In this document: positions 9,863-21,347 of the stretch, one piece after another
How positions within the stretch are numbered: the first letter of the stretch is position 1
Layout of the letters: every line of letters starts with the position of its first letter
IMG/VR virus record: IMGVR_UViG_3300011337_000669
DNA: 64,000 nucleotides
Strand: one strand, 5' to 3'
Origin: a virus
Lineage: Duplodnaviria > Caudoviricetes
Notes under the pieces: generated by a model
Database searches by the model: none
What the model was told of the DNA's origin: nothing
The model's input: the letters and a program-made list of their open reading frames with translations, nothing else
Position numbers and translations under genes: made by a program

Positions 9863-10921
9863 TTATAGACATCCGTTAGGGTCCGAAGATGTTATCTGCC
9901 CTAAACCACCCGTAACTTGATACCAAGCAGTTCCGTTAGAATAATATCCATCAGGCACTACATCTGTAAGAGGTCTTCCTGTCGCTTCGTATAAGTATTC
10001 ACCTACGTTTGGTCCTACTCCACCTGCGATAGATCCATAAATTGTTTGAGGGGAAGAGCTAAACGCTAAACAAGCGTCGTTAGCCGTAGCACCTGTACCT
10101 AAACTATATGTGTACCAAGCGAAAGTTTGTGTTGGAGTTTGAGTAACTGTTGGTGTTGGAGTCGGTGTTTCAGTATTAGTTGGTGTTTGAGTTGGTGTAG
10201 GTAATGAACTACATGCAGTAAAACTACCTACCGTAGTCCCATCACTATCCAATTCAATTACTGACAATTGGTTACTATAAAAACCTGACATATCACTTAC
10301 AACAACACCTGAAGGGTCATTGTAGAATTGTGTATTGTTATCAAATATAGGAAAGAAACCATATAATTCTGTTTGTACACCGGCTTCACATGCCTCATTC
10401 GAAGTTGCTCCCGATGTCACATTGTAGAAAACTTGTAAAGGTGAGGTTGGAGTTGGTGTTGGTGTTACTGATGGTGTATCTGTTGGTGTTGATGTTACTG
10501 ATGGTGTATCTGTTGGTGTTTGACTTGGTGTATTTGTTGGAGTTTGAGTTGGTGTTTCAGTATTTGTTGGAGTTTGAGTTGGTGTTTCAGTATTTGTTGG
10601 AGTTTGAGTTGGTGTTTGAGTAGGAGTTCCTGTGTTAGTTGCGGTATTAGTTGGTGTTACAGTTGGAGATGGTGTTGGTGAATTGGATGGTGTCGGAGTA
10701 TTTGTTGCCGCAGTTGATGGGAACGTTCCTTCATCAATTAAAGATATTGATGATTTAAACGATGAAGCTACGGTATAGGTACCATCAATTACCCAAATAT
10801 TTTTAGTTTGATTTTGAGATAATTCAACTTGATAATCCCAAAGTGAATCGTCACATCTTCTATAACTGAAGTTTACTATTGTTGAACCCGTGTTCGTGAG
10901 TGTATATTTGCTACATGCCAT
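9863..10921 (-). CDS. Modular Thr/Pro-rich (mucin-like) putative virion protein
   Basis: TPTNT/TPTQT repeats separating three small Cys-containing domains; N-terminal domain nearly identical to that of 11173-15846. Confidence 0.7.
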   Translation of the reverse strand: MACSKYTLTNTGSTIVNFSYRRCDDSLWDYQVELSQNQTKNIWVIDGTYTVASSFKSSISLIDEGTFPSTAATNTPTPSNSPTPSPTVTPTNTATNTGTPTQTPTQTPTNTETPTQTPTNTETPTQTPTNTPSQTPTDTPSVTSTPTDTPSVTPTPTPTSPLQVFYNVTSGATSNEACEAGVQTELYGFFPIFDNNTQFYNDPSGVVVSDMSGFYSNQLSVIELDSDGTTVGSFTACSSLPTPTQTPTNTETPTPTPTVTQTPTQTFAWYTYSLGTGATANDACLAFSSSPQTIYGSIAGGVGPNVGEYLYEATGRPLTDVVPDGYYSNGTAWYQVTGGLGQITSSDPNGCL

Positions 10922-10987
10922 ATTAAATGTTATTTACTAAATAAATACTATGATTTTCTTTAATTTTATAAAATAAAATTAAAATTA

Positions 10988-11147
10988 TTATTTTAAACAA
11001 AAGTGTCTTACGAATGGGGTTGACGAACTCGATGAAACTTCATTAATAATTGTCATTACCTTCTTCTAAGAAATAACTTGAACCTGAATTAACTAAGGTA
11101 TATGTATTTGTAGGAGTCCGAGTTTGTGTTGTTATATGTAAAAGGTC
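10988..11147 (-). pseudogene. Relic of a Thr/Pro-repeat protein C-terminus
   Basis: Start-less frame 11147-11043 reads DLLHITTQTRTPTNTYTLVNSGSSYFLEEGNDNY*; overlapping frame 11056-10988 reads MTIINEVSSSSSTPFVRHFCLK*. Confidence 0.45.
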
Positions 11148-11172
11148 TTATTTTTTTTTATTTATAAAAATA

Positions 11173-14100
11173 TTAATAAAATTCTTCGGTACTGTTTGTA
11201 GTTGAAGGTGTTAACGCACTCCCACCAAAAGCAAGTGCTTCATTTTGTGTTCCTGTTCCTCCTAAACCACATCTTGCATTTATTAAACCACTACATGCGG
11301 ACCATACACTCCCATTATATCCTTGGGTACATTTTACTGACGTGCCAAGGGCTTTTCCACCAAAAGCAAGTGCTGCATTTTGTGTTCCCGCACCTCCCAT
11401 AGCATATACTCCAGTTGATAAAACTCCACATGTGGTCCATGATGTACCATTATATTTTTCAGTAGTTGATAAACTAGGTGATCCACCAAAAGCAAGTGCA
11501 GCATTTTGTGTTCCTGCTCCTCCTAAACAAGATCTTCCAGTTATTAAACCATTACATGAGGACCATGTATTTGTAGAACCATTATATGCTTCGGTACACC
11601 TCAGGTTACTAAGGGGAGTACCACCTAAACCACCAAAAGCAAGTGCGGCATCTTGTGTTCCTGCGCCTGCTAAACCATTTCTTCCAACTATTAAATTTCC
11701 ACCTAAGGACCATGAAGCTCCATCATATTCTTCTGTACATCGTACTGTAGGAGAACCACCAAAAGCAAGTGCGGCATTTTGTGTACCCACACCTGCTAAA
11801 AATTGTCTTCCATTTAATAAATTACCACCTACACACCATATTAAACCATTATATTCTTCAGTAGTTGATAAACTAGGTGATCCACCAAAAGCAAGTGCGG
11901 CATTTTGTGTTCCTGCTCCTGCTAAAAAACGTCTTGAGTTTATTAAAGGTCCACCTGTTCTCCATACTGGTGGAGGTATAGTTGGTGTTTGAGTTGGAGT
12001 TCTTGTGTTAGTAGGCGTTACACTTGTTGTATTAGTTGGAGTTACACTTGCCGTATTAGTTGGTGTTGATGTATTAGTTGGTGTTTGTGTTGCAGTTTCT
12101 GAAGGAGTATTAGTTGGAGTTGATGTATTAGTTGGAGTATTAGTTGGAGTTTTTGTATTGGTTGGTGTCTCAGTATTAGTTGGAGTATTAGTTGGAGTAG
12201 AAGTTTTGGTATTGGTTGGAGTTACTGTTGGAGTTACTGTTGGAGTTACTGTTGGTGTATTAGTATTAGTATTGGTAGGAGTTTGAGTTGGTGTTTGAGT
12301 TGGTGTTGAAGTTTGAGTTGTAGTTTGAGTTGGAGTTGGAGTCGGACATATAACAACACAACTTAGACAATCAGTTTGAGCTGTTAATGGCGAGGTGTAA
12401 GAATATCTGGCATAACTTTCACCTGAGAATGCAACACAAGTTGCACATCCATCAAATCCTGTTGCATTAATATAATAAACAATGCCCTCATTAATTGTTT
12501 GGTCACCAGGAATTCCTTCTAGTAAAAATACTTGATTATCTCTTGATTCACAACAATCCACAAAATACCTAATTAAAGGTTCTGGTGGAGTTTGACTCGG
12601 TGTTGGTGTTTGAGTTTGAGTTGATGTATTAGTTGGCGTTTGAGTTTGAGTTGGAGTCTCTGTATTGGTTGGTGTTACACTTGCAGTATTTGTTGGTGTG
12701 TTTGTAGGAGTTTCTGTATTAGTTGGCGTTTGAGTAGGAGTAGGAGTCTCAGTATTAGTTGGAGTTTGAGTTGGAGTCTCTGTATTGGTTGGTGTTTGAG
12801 TAGGTGTTTCACTGGCGGTTTGAGTAGGAGTTTCACTCGCAGTTTGAGTAGGAGTTTCACTCGCAGTTTGTGTTGGAGTTTCAGTGTTAGTTGGAGTTTG
12901 CGTAGGAGTTTCGCTTGAAGTATTTGTCGGAGTTTCAGTGTTGGTAGGAGTATTAGATGGTGTTTGAGTCGCAGTGTTGGTAGGAGTTTCTGTGTTGGTA
13001 GGCGTATTAGTAGGAGTTTGAGTTGCTGTCTGAGTCGGAGTTTTAGTGTTAGTAGGCGTATTGGTTGGAGTCTCAGTTGCCGTCTGAGTTGGAGTTTCAG
13101 TGTTTGTTGGAGTTACTGTAGGAGTTTGAGTTTGAGTTGAAGTTTGAGTTGGAGTTGGAGTCGGACATATAACAACGCAACTTAGACAATCAGTTTGAGC
13201 AGTTAATGGCGAGGTGTAAGAATATCTGGCGTAACTTGAACCTGAGAATGCGACACAAGTTGCACATCCGTCAAATCCTGTTGCATTAATATAATAAACA
13301 ATACCCTCATTAATTGTTTGGTCACCAGGAATTCCTTCTAGTAAAAATACTTGATTATCTCTTGATTCACAACAATCCACAAAATACCTAATTAAAGGTT
13401 CTGGTGGAGTTTGACTCGGTGTTGGTGTTTGAGTTTGAGTTGATGTATTAGTTGGCGTTTGAGTTTGAGTTGATGTATTAGTTGGTGTTTGAGTTTGAGT
13501 TGGAGTCTCTGTATTGGTTGGTGTTACACTTGCAGTATTTGTTGGTGTGTTTGTAGGAGTTTCTGTATTTGTAGGTGTATTAGTTGGAGTCTCTGTAGGA
13601 GTCTCAGTTGGTGTTGGTGTCGGAGGATAATTTATCTCAACGAATACGTTTATTGGAACACCTGAAACAAAAATACTACTCTGAATTGTTGAAGGGTTTT
13701 CTGCACCAATACCTAATCCGTAATCAAAAAACACTGAAGAATCTCCACTGAAGATTATTGTATTTGCTCCTTGTGTCATTGTTACTGTACCACCATAAAT
13801 TAAAGTATCAAAATAATCAGAATGGTATAAACCCGAGGCATCTGTATTATTAATGTAAGCAATGGACGCCAAACTCCAATCATATGTTACAATTTGTTCA
13901 CCACTTGATTCAAAAGTAAACATTATATTACCTGGGTTATTTGGTTCTTCCGCATTAGATCCATCAGGAAGGAAGAAATAATATTGTCCTGGACCAGCAG
14001 GTGTAAATGTTGGTGTTAGAGTTGAAGTTTGTGTTTGTGTATTAGTTGGTGTTGATGTATTAGTTGGTGTTTGTGTTGCAGTTTCTGAAGGAGTATTAGT

Positions 14101-15846
14101 AGGAGTTACACTTATAGTATTAGTTGGTGTTGATGTATTAGTTGGTGTTTGTGTTGCAGTTTCTGAAGGAGTATTAGTTGGAGTCTCACTAGGAGTATTA
14201 GTCGGAGTTTCCGTATTTGTTGCGGTATTAGTTGGAGTTGACGTTTCAGTATTAGTTGGTGTTTGAGTTGGAGTTGATGTCTCAGTATTAGTTGGTGTTT
14301 GAGTTGGAGTTTCAGTATTAGTTGGTGTAGGCGTTTCTGTGTTAGTAGGAGTAACCGTTGGCGTTTGTGTTTCAGTTTCTGTTGGAGTTACTGTAGATGT
14401 TGGTGTTTCTGTGTTGGTGGGCGTATTAGTAGGAGTCTCTGTTGGGGTAGGTGTTTGAGTTTCTGTTGCGGTAGACGTTAATCCAACAGTAGTCGTAGAA
14501 GTTGGAGTTAATGTTGACGTTGGAGTATTAGTTGGTGTCTCACTAGGAGTATTAGTTGGTGTTTCTGTATTAGTTGGAGTTTGAGTTGGCGTGTTAGTTG
14601 GAGTTTCAGTAGCAGTATTAGTTGGAGTTTCAGTATTAGTTGGTGTTTGTGTTGCAGTCTCTGATGGAGTATTGGTAGGAGTTTCTGAAGGAGTATTTGT
14701 CGGAGTTTCAGTATTAGTTGGAGTATTAGTTGGAGTATTTGTTGGAGTCTCACTAGGAGTATTAGTCGGAGTTTCCGTATTTGTTGCGGTATTAGTTGGA
14801 GTTGACGTTTCAGTATTAGTTGGTGTTTGAGTTGGAGTTGATGTCTCAGTATTAGTTGGTGTTTGAGTTGGAGTTTCAGTGGGTGTTGTAGTTTGAGTTG
14901 GAGTTTCAGTGGGTGTTGTAGTTTGAGTTGGAGTCTCACTACTTGTTGGTGTAGGTGTTTCTGTGTTAGTAGGAGTAACCGTTGGCGTTTGTGTTTCAGT
15001 TTCTGTTGGAGTTACTGTAGATGTTGGCGTTTCTGTGTTGGTGGGAGTATTAGTAGGAGTCTCTGTTGGGGTAGGTGTTTGAGTTTCTGTCGCAGTAGGT
15101 GTTAATCCAACAGTAGTCGTTGAAGTTGGAGTTAATGTTGACGTTGGAGTATTAGTTGGAGTTTGAGTTGGTGTTTCTGTATTAGTTGGAGTTTGAGTTG
15201 GTGTTTCTGTATTAGTTGGAGTTTGAGTTGATGTATTGGTTAAAGTTTGAGTTGATGTATTGGTTGGAGTATTAGTTGGTGTTTGAGTATTAGTAGGAGT
15301 ATTAGTTGGTGTTTGAGTATTAGTTTGCGTAGGAGTTTCAGTATTAGTTGGAGTTTGTGTCGCAGTTTTGCTTGGAGTATTTGTCGGAGTTTCAGTATTA
15401 GTTGGTGTCGGAGTTTCAGTATTGGTTGGAGTATTGGTAGGGGTTTGGGTATTAGTTGGTGTATTCGTTGGTGTCTCAGTATTAGTTGATGTTGGTGTTT
15501 GAGTTGGCGTTTCTGTTGCGGTTGGTGTTAAACCTGTAGTTACAGTCGGAGTTGGTGTATTAGTTGCGGTTATACTTGGTGTTATAGTTGGGGATGGAGT
15601 AGGTGAATTTGATGGAGTAGGTGTGTTTGTCGCCTCAAGTGGTGGAAACGGACCGTTGTCAACAAAAGATATTGATGATTTAAACGATGAAGATACGGTA
15701 TAGGTACCATCAATTACCCAAATATTTTTAGTTTGATTTGGTAGTAATTCAACTTGGTAGTCCCAAACTAAATCATCACATCTTCTATAACTGAAGTTTA
15801 CTATTGTTGATCCCGTATTCGTGAGTGTATATTTACTACATGACAT
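11173..15846 (-). CDS. 1557-aa mucin-like Thr/Pro-repeat protein with a duplicated Cys-rich domain and six C-terminal kelch-like repeats; putative fibre/decoration protein
   Basis: Hundreds of residues of [10 protein letters not shown] repeats; six [20 protein letters not shown]...TEEY repeats at 11173-11964. Confidence 0.8.
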   Translation of the reverse strand: MSCSKYTLTNTGSTIVNFSYRRCDDLVWDYQVELLPNQTKNIWVIDGTYTVSSSFKSSISFVDNGPFPPLEATNTPTPSNSPTPSPTITPSITATNTPTPTVTTGLTPTATETPTQTPTSTNTETPTNTPTNTQTPTNTPTNTETPTPTNTETPTNTPSKTATQTPTNTETPTQTNTQTPTNTPTNTQTPTNTPTNTSTQTLTNTSTQTPTNTETPTQTPTNTETPTQTPTNTPTSTLTPTSTTTVGLTPTATETQTPTPTETPTNTPTNTETPTSTVTPTETETQTPTVTPTNTETPTPTSSETPTQTTTPTETPTQTTTPTETPTQTPTNTETSTPTQTPTNTETSTPTNTATNTETPTNTPSETPTNTPTNTPTNTETPTNTPSETPTNTPSETATQTPTNTETPTNTATETPTNTPTQTPTNTETPTNTPSETPTNTPTSTLTPTSTTTVGLTSTATETQTPTPTETPTNTPTNTETPTSTVTPTETETQTPTVTPTNTETPTPTNTETPTQTPTNTETSTPTQTPTNTETSTPTNTATNTETPTNTPSETPTNTPSETATQTPTNTSTPTNTISVTPTNTPSETATQTPTNTSTPTNTQTQTSTLTPTFTPAGPGQYYFFLPDGSNAEEPNNPGNIMFTFESSGEQIVTYDWSLASIAYINNTDASGLYHSDYFDTLIYGGTVTMTQGANTIIFSGDSSVFFDYGLGIGAENPSTIQSSIFVSGVPINVFVEINYPPTPTPTETPTETPTNTPTNTETPTNTPTNTASVTPTNTETPTQTQTPTNTSTQTQTPTNTSTQTQTPTPSQTPPEPLIRYFVDCCESRDNQVFLLEGIPGDQTINEGIVYYINATGFDGCATCVAFSGSSYARYSYTSPLTAQTDCLSCVVICPTPTPTQTSTQTQTPTVTPTNTETPTQTATETPTNTPTNTKTPTQTATQTPTNTPTNTETPTNTATQTPSNTPTNTETPTNTSSETPTQTPTNTETPTQTASETPTQTASETPTQTASETPTQTPTNTETPTQTPTNTETPTPTQTPTNTETPTNTPTNTASVTPTNTETPTQTQTPTNTSTQTQTPTPSQTPPEPLIRYFVDCCESRDNQVFLLEGIPGDQTINEGIVYYINATGFDGCATCVAFSGESYARYSYTSPLTAQTDCLSCVVICPTPTPTQTTTQTSTPTQTPTQTPTNTNTNTPTVTPTVTPTVTPTNTKTSTPTNTPTNTETPTNTKTPTNTPTNTSTPTNTPSETATQTPTNTSTPTNTASVTPTNTTSVTPTNTRTPTQTPTIPPPVWRTGGPLINSRRFLAGAGTQNAALAFGGSPSLSTTEEYNGLIWCVGGNLLNGRQFLAGVGTQNAALAFGGSPTVRCTEEYDGASWSLGGNLIVGRNGLAGAGTQDAALAFGGLGGTPLSNLRCTEAYNGSTNTWSSCNGLITGRSCLGGAGTQNAALAFGGSPSLSTTEKYNGTSWTTCGVLSTGVYAMGGAGTQNAALAFGGKALGTSVKCTQGYNGSVWSACSGLINARCGLGGTGTQNEALAFGGSALTPSTTNSTEEFY
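12343..13415. repeat. Near-identical direct repeat of a Cys-rich domain (about 12343-12596 and 13162-13415) with flanking Thr/Pro linker
   Basis: PPEPLIRYFVDCCESRD...TDCLSCVVIC occurs twice, with mostly synonymous differences and one S/E change. Confidence 0.9.
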
Positions 15847-15911
15847 CCTAAATGTTGTTTACTTAATAAATACTAAGACTTAATTAAATTAATTAAACAC
15901 ATTTAATTTAT

Positions 15912-16143
15912 TTACAATCCATAAGTTGCTTTTTGAAAATTATGATTATACAATGCTTAAGGTGAGGTTAATGCCACATTATTATATTGCATAGTAATTC
16001 CTAATTTACCAACATAAGGATAGTTTAGTCCTATGTTTAACTCTCTATTATTTGCTTTGTTAATTGGTGTTGTGTATCTACTATTTGATGATGCGAAGAA
16101 TGCTCCGTTTTTATAGTACTTTATAGTTCCGTTTATAAATATA
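15912..16143 (-). pseudogene. Relic C-terminal half of a LamG/ConA-like domain with an in-frame stop
   Basis: Reads IFINGTIKYYKNGAFF...ELNIGLNYPYVGKLGITMQYNNVALTSP*ALYNHNFQKATYGL*, paralleling the LamG ends of 18084-21317 (..[13 protein letters not shown]) and 21901-23865 (..KHNFKILKNRYGL). Confidence 0.7.
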
Positions 16144-18057
16144 TTAAGTGTATTCTTCGGTACAGGATAATGCTGTTGATGCAGGTGATGAAGTAAATCC
16201 TCCAAAAGCAAGTCCGGCTGTTTGTGTTCCTGCACCAGCTAAACTACATCTTGCAGTTATTAAAGCTCCGCCTGCGGTCCATGATGTACCATTATATTCT
16301 TCTGTACATCTTACTACACCAGATATAATCCCACCAAAAGCAAGTCCCTCACTTTGTGTTCCTGCTCCTGCTAAATTATATCTTGCAGTTATTAATGGTC
16401 CACCCGTGATCCATGTTGTACCATCATATTCTTCGGTACATGATAATACAACAGGTGCATTTGTACCACCAAAAGCAAGTGCTGCATTTTGTGTTCCCGA
16501 TCCTGCCAAATGTTGTCTTCTAATTATTAAAGCTCCACCTGCGGCCCATAATGCTCCGTTATATTCTTCGGTACATGTTAATACAACAGGACTAAGAGCA
16601 ATTGATCTACCACCAATAGCAAGTGCGGAATCTTGTGTTCCCGCTCCCGCTAAAAAAGTTCTAGCGTTTATTAACGCGCCGCCTACGGTCCATGATGAAC
16701 CATTATATGCTTCTGTACACGCCAACGGTCCTTCTCCACCAAAAGCGAGTCCAGCATTTTGTGTTCCTGCACCTGCTAAACCATTTCTTCCGGTTATTAA
16801 ATTTCCACCTACGGTCCATAATGCTCCGTTATATTCTTCGGTACATGATAAACAAGCAGTTGTAGTTGTTCTACCACCAAAAGCGAGTCCAGCATTTTGT
16901 GTTCCTGCTCCTGCTAAACTATATCTTGCGGTTATTAATGCTCCACCTGCGGACCATACTCCTGGCGGCATAGTTGGTGTTTGACTTGGGGTCCTTGTTG
17001 GGGTCACTGTTCTCGTTGGGGTCACTTTTGGAGTTGCTGTTATCGTTGGTGTCACTGTTGGTGTTACTGTTGCACTATTCGTAGGAGTTTGAGTAGCTGT
17101 TTCAGTATTTGTTGGTGTTACTGTTGTGGTATTTGTAGGAGTTTGAGTCGGAGTTTCGGTATTAGTAGGAGTTACTGTTGTGGTATTTGTAGGCGTTTGA
17201 GTAGGAGTTTGAGTATTTGTTGGTGTTACTGTTGTGGTATTCGTAGGAGTTTGAGTCGGAGTTTCGGTATTAGTTGGAGTAACTGTTACGGTATTTGTAG
17301 GAGTTTGAGTTGGTGTAATACTTGGAGTAACTATTGGATTAACAGATGGTGTCGGAGTAGGTGTAACGTTAAATGTTGTTCCTGATGACGCTTCAACAGT
17401 AAAACCGTATTCAGTAGTTCCTGACACATTAAATGACACCCCCTCAAATGAACTTTCGTCCGATAAATTATTGTAATCATAATCAACATATACTTGGGAA
17501 TATCCTTTAGTTGCTCCTGATAATAGTTCAACCGAACCGTTAATAACTAATGACGAGCCACTAATAGTATTAAGTATATTAGTAAAATTTACGGTCATAT
17601 CAGTGTCTAAAGGATAGTCCGCAGTTATCGAATACGAAGCATTAACAGAACCAGAATAATATAAACCTTCCAATACGAGATTATTTGATACACCTACCCA
17701 TGAATTCCAAAACCCATTATTAGTTAGCCATGCAGATGACTGATTTCCTGTTGTAAATGTTTGAGGATTACCAAATTCGTTAGATACATATTGAGATAAA
17801 CCAATAAATTCATTTTCATCAAAACTATTAGTTCTGTAAAATCCGACAGATGCCGTAACACCACTAATAGGTGTTGGTTGGGTATTACCACTTACGGGTA
17901 TAGCAATAACATAACCTAATTCTTCGTCAGGTCCTGACCAAAATTGAGGACTACCGGTAAATCCTGATGTTGGCGTTCCAACTGATAAATTTCCTACTTG
18001 TATTGTTCCAGTTATTAAGTCTGAATTATTGTAAGTAAATTGTGTTGATGTTGCCAT
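16144..18057 (-). CDS. Thr/Pro-repeat protein with six C-terminal kelch-like repeats; putative fibre protein
   Basis: TPTNT repeats followed by six GTQ.AGLAFGG..CTEEYNG repeats (16144-16956). Confidence 0.8.
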   Translation of the reverse strand: MATSTQFTYNNSDLITGTIQVGNLSVGTPTSGFTGSPQFWSGPDEELGYVIAIPVSGNTQPTPISGVTASVGFYRTNSFDENEFIGLSQYVSNEFGNPQTFTTGNQSSAWLTNNGFWNSWVGVSNNLVLEGLYYSGSVNASYSITADYPLDTDMTVNFTNILNTISGSSLVINGSVELLSGATKGYSQVYVDYDYNNLSDESSFEGVSFNVSGTTEYGFTVEASSGTTFNVTPTPTPSVNPIVTPSITPTQTPTNTVTVTPTNTETPTQTPTNTTTVTPTNTQTPTQTPTNTTTVTPTNTETPTQTPTNTTTVTPTNTETATQTPTNSATVTPTVTPTITATPKVTPTRTVTPTRTPSQTPTMPPGVWSAGGALITARYSLAGAGTQNAGLAFGGRTTTTACLSCTEEYNGALWTVGGNLITGRNGLAGAGTQNAGLAFGGEGPLACTEAYNGSSWTVGGALINARTFLAGAGTQDSALAIGGRSIALSPVVLTCTEEYNGALWAAGGALIIRRQHLAGSGTQNAALAFGGTNAPVVLSCTEEYDGTTWITGGPLITARYNLAGAGTQSEGLAFGGIISGVVRCTEEYNGTSWTAGGALITARCSLAGAGTQTAGLAFGGFTSSPASTALSCTEEYT

Positions 18058-18083
18058 TATTGTTATTTTTTTTTATTAATAAA

Positions 18084-21000
18084 TTATACCCCGTAAAGAT
18101 ATTTGGTGGCCAAATAATTATCCCTAATTTGTGCTGTTGATAGTAATGATTTATAAACAAATACGCTTCCAAATCTACCACTGAAATACTCAGAATTTTG
18201 ACTAAAAAATTCGTCTCTAGTAACTCCAAGAGTAAACGCGGTACCAGAAAGACCTCCGGCATTGGTTATTTCAGGACTAAAAAAACTGTATGTTGAAATT
18301 AAAGTACCGTTCTTATACATAGAAGAGGTATTAATATCCATCGTAATAGTTACCATTTGCCAAGTGTCGGCGCTATATGCAAGAGAGAAGGTTTGGGTGT
18401 TGGACTGACTAGGAGAGCTACTTTGGTATATTGTCTGACCACCATTTGATAGGTAAGTAGTTCTATATTTAAGATATTCATACTTACTCATAATAGTATA
18501 ATTTGCAGAACTGGTATTTGAAGGACGCACCCATGCCATTATCGTCAACGGTACTTCAAAGCTAAAACCATCAGTATAGTTATCTACCTTGAAATATTGA
18601 GTAAACCCATCAAGAGTGAAACCAGAATTTGCAGTGTATGTTGGTCCACCAACTATTGTAGCATTATTACCGTTTCCTGATTGGTCCGCCCACACATTTC
18701 CAACAGGTGCAACCGCACTATTCAAATATAAATCGTAGCCTGGCTCTATCTGAGGTATAATTGTTGGTGTTGGTGTTGATGTTCTGGTAGGTGTTGGAGT
18801 TCGTGTTGCTGTTATGGTAGGTGTTGGAGTTCGTGTTTGAGTTGCCGTTGGGGTTAATCCAACAGTTACTGTTGGAGTTTGGGTTTGAGTTGGTGTATTT
18901 GTTGGAGTTTGTGTTGGAGTTTGTGTTCTTGTGTTAGTCGGAGTAGAAGTTTGTGTTCTTGTGTTAGTTGGAGTGGCAGTATTTGACGCAGTATTTGACG
19001 CAGTATTTGTTGGGGTTTGAGTTGGGGTTTTAGTTTGAGTATTTGTTGGTGTGGAAGTGTTTGATGTTGTATTAGTTGGTGTTTGAGTAGGTGTTTCACT
19101 TGCAGTTTGTGTTGGAGTTACTGTATTAGTTGGTGTTTGAGTTTGAGTTGGAGTCTCAGTATTAGTTGGTGTTACGGTATTAGTTGGAGTTTGAGTAGGT
19201 GTTTCACTTGCAGTTTGTGTTGGAGTTTCAGTTGGAGTAACTGTTGGTGTCTCTGTATTAGTTGGTGTTTGAGTTTGAGTTGGAGTCTCTGTATTAGTTG
19301 GTGTTACGGTATTAGTTGGAGTTTGAGTAGGTGTTTCACTTGCAGTTTGTGTTGGAGTTTCGGTATTAGTTGGTGTCGGAGTTTCAGTATTAGTTGGTGT
19401 CGGAGTTTCGGTATTAGTTGGTGTTACGGTATTTGTTGGAGTCTCTGTGTTAGTTGGTGTTACGGTATTAGTTGGTGTTACGGTATTTGTTGGAGTCTCT
19501 GTATTGGTTGGTGTTTGAGTAGGAGTTTCGCTAGCAGTTTGCGTAGGAGTTTCAGTATTAGTTGGTGTTTGAGTAGGTGTTTCACTTGCAGTTTGTGTCG
19601 GAGTTTCAGTATTAGTTGGTGTCGGAGTTTCAGTATTGGTCGGAGTTGGTGTTTCACTAGCGGTTTGAGTTGGAGTTTCTGTATTAGTTGGAGTTTGAGT
19701 TACAGTATTAGTTGGAGTTTGTGTTGGTGTTTCTGTATTAGTTGAAGTTTGAGTTTGAGTTTGAGTATTAGTTGGAGTTTGAGTTGGAGTTTCTGTATTA
19801 GTTGGAGTATTAGTTGGAGTTTCAGTAGGCGTTGGAGTTTGTGTTTCAGTCGCCGTTGGAGTTAATCCAACAGTTACTGAAGGAGTTGGAGTATTTGTTG
19901 GAGTTTTAGTAGGTGTTGGAGTTTGCGTTTCAGTTGCCGTTGGAGTTAATCCAACAGTTACTGAAGGAGTTGGAGTATTAGTTGGTGTTTGTGTATTAGT
20001 TGGAGTATTAGTTGGTGTTTGAGTATTGGTTGACGTTTGAGTTTGAGTTATAGTATTAGTTGGAGTATTTGTTGGAGTTTCAGTAGGCGTTGGAGTTTGT
20101 GTTTCAGTTGCTGTTGGAGTTAATCCAACAGTTACTGTTGGAGTTTGGGTTTGAGTTGGTGTATTTGTTGGTGTTTGTGTTTGTGTTTCAGTTGCCGTTG
20201 GAGTTAATCCAACAGTTACTGAAGGAGTTGGAGTTTGTGTTGGAGTCTGTGTTGGAGTTGGTGTTGCGTTAAATACAAATTCTGGTGTAAAATCAAATGT
20301 TGTTGTTTCAGAAGTCACATAACTGATATTTGTAAAACTTACGGTTTGATTTAGACTATCATAGTCTCCATTCTCAAAAGTTTGAGTAAATCCTGACAAT
20401 TCACCTGTAGGAATTACTACAGTTATAGGTATTGAAATTGTTCCTCCAGATGTTATGCCTAAAACCGCAGTAAAGCTAGTTGTAAAATCACTATCCATAA
20501 CTCTTTCAGATAATGCTGAGAATCCAGATCCAATAGAACCAGCGAAGAAATATCCTGTTAGGATAATATTATTGTTTCCCGCTGTTGGAGTTTGTGTTGG
20601 AGTTTGTGTTTGAGTTGCTGTATTAGTTGGGGTTTGTGTTTGAGTTGAAGTATTCGTTGGTGTAGGTGTTTGAGTTGGTAATACAGAACATAAACTAAAC
20701 GGACTAGTAACCTGACCATTAAAGTCAATCTCAACTAAAATACCTAAATAATTATAAAATCCCGTAATGTTACCAACATTTCCACCATTTGGCGTATCAA
20801 AGAAATGAGTGTTTTGGTCAAATTCTTGATTCTCACCGTATATAAGTACACTATATTGGTTATCACAGGCGTCGTACTGGCTTAATTCACTATAGAAACA
20901 ACTAAATTCATATAATATAACTCCTGAAGGTGTTACAGTTTGAGTTGGTGTTGCAGTTTGAGTTGGTGTAAGTGTTGGAGATTCGATAGGTGTTTCTGTA

Positions 21001-21317
21001 TTAGTAGGAGTATTGGTTGGAGTCTCCGTAGCAGTGCTAGTTGGAGTTTCAGTAGGTGTTGGTGTTGGAGAGGTTTCAGTAGGTGTTACCGTTGGAGTTG
21101 GTGTCGTAGTAGGTGTGGGACCTAGTACTACAACAGAATACATCGTAGCATAAGTAGGTACATAACAGTTGTAAGTTCCGAAATAATAATCCGAAATATA
21201 ATTAAATGGGAAAGTTTGTACCCCCAAATCTATTGTTCCACCAGATATTGGTAGATACGTTACGTTGGTTGTTAAACCACTCAAATTATCACTTAATATT
21301 CTTACACCTATTGCCAT
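18084..21317 (-). CDS. 1077-aa mucin-like Thr/Pro-repeat protein with a C-terminal LamG/ConA-like domain
   Basis: Long TPT repeat tract; [45 protein letters not shown] are LamG-type motifs. Confidence 0.8.
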   Translation of the reverse strand: MAIGVRILSDNLSGLTTNVTYLPISGGTIDLGVQTFPFNYISDYYFGTYNCYVPTYATMYSVVVLGPTPTTTPTPTVTPTETSPTPTPTETPTSTATETPTNTPTNTETPIESPTLTPTQTATPTQTVTPSGVILYEFSCFYSELSQYDACDNQYSVLIYGENQEFDQNTHFFDTPNGGNVGNITGFYNYLGILVEIDFNGQVTSPFSLCSVLPTQTPTPTNTSTQTQTPTNTATQTQTPTQTPTAGNNNIILTGYFFAGSIGSGFSALSERVMDSDFTTSFTAVLGITSGGTISIPITVVIPTGELSGFTQTFENGDYDSLNQTVSFTNISYVTSETTTFDFTPEFVFNATPTPTQTPTQTPTPSVTVGLTPTATETQTQTPTNTPTQTQTPTVTVGLTPTATETQTPTPTETPTNTPTNTITQTQTSTNTQTPTNTPTNTQTPTNTPTPSVTVGLTPTATETQTPTPTKTPTNTPTPSVTVGLTPTATETQTPTPTETPTNTPTNTETPTQTPTNTQTQTQTSTNTETPTQTPTNTVTQTPTNTETPTQTASETPTPTNTETPTPTNTETPTQTASETPTQTPTNTETPTQTASETPTQTPTNTETPTNTVTPTNTVTPTNTETPTNTVTPTNTETPTPTNTETPTPTNTETPTQTASETPTQTPTNTVTPTNTETPTQTQTPTNTETPTVTPTETPTQTASETPTQTPTNTVTPTNTETPTQTQTPTNTVTPTQTASETPTQTPTNTTSNTSTPTNTQTKTPTQTPTNTASNTASNTATPTNTRTQTSTPTNTRTQTPTQTPTNTPTQTQTPTVTVGLTPTATQTRTPTPTITATRTPTPTRTSTPTPTIIPQIEPGYDLYLNSAVAPVGNVWADQSGNGNNATIVGGPTYTANSGFTLDGFTQYFKVDNYTDGFSFEVPLTIMAWVRPSNTSSANYTIMSKYEYLKYRTTYLSNGGQTIYQSSSPSQSNTQTFSLAYSADTWQMVTITMDINTSSMYKNGTLISTYSFFSPEITNAGGLSGTAFTLGVTRDEFFSQNSEYFSGRFGSVFVYKSLLSTAQIRDNYLATKYLYGV

Positions 21318-21347
21318 ATCTATAAATACTCAAAAAAAATTATTCAT

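Noticed and set aside
11342-11992. 216-aa plus-strand ORF (also 16148-16984, 278 aa) with [13 protein letters not shown] repeats
   Set aside because: Antisense shadows of the kelch repeats; stop-free only because of codon bias on the real strand
15957-15959. In-frame TAA as evidence of stop-codon recoding
   Set aside because: Core genes (MCP, portal, protease) are intact in the standard code, and TAA is the usual terminator throughout
15957-16235. 92-aa ORF as a functional gene
   Set aside because: Its first 30 codons are an off-frame reading of the kelch gene; the rest is a LamG half-domain with an internal stop, so it was treated as a relic
11173-18057. Diversity-generating retroelement or invertase acting on the two kelch modules
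   Set aside because: Differences are not confined to adenines, both copies are coding, and no reverse transcriptase, recombinase or inverted repeats are seen in the window
11965-20270. Repetitive DNA as a possible CRISPR array or satellite
   Set aside because: No fixed repeat with unique spacers; the repeats are in frame, degenerate at third codon positions and protein-coding
12005-21125. Many short Val/Gly-, Ser/Trp- or Leu/Gln-rich ORFs in the track
   Set aside because: Alternative-frame and antisense readings of the Thr/Pro repeats
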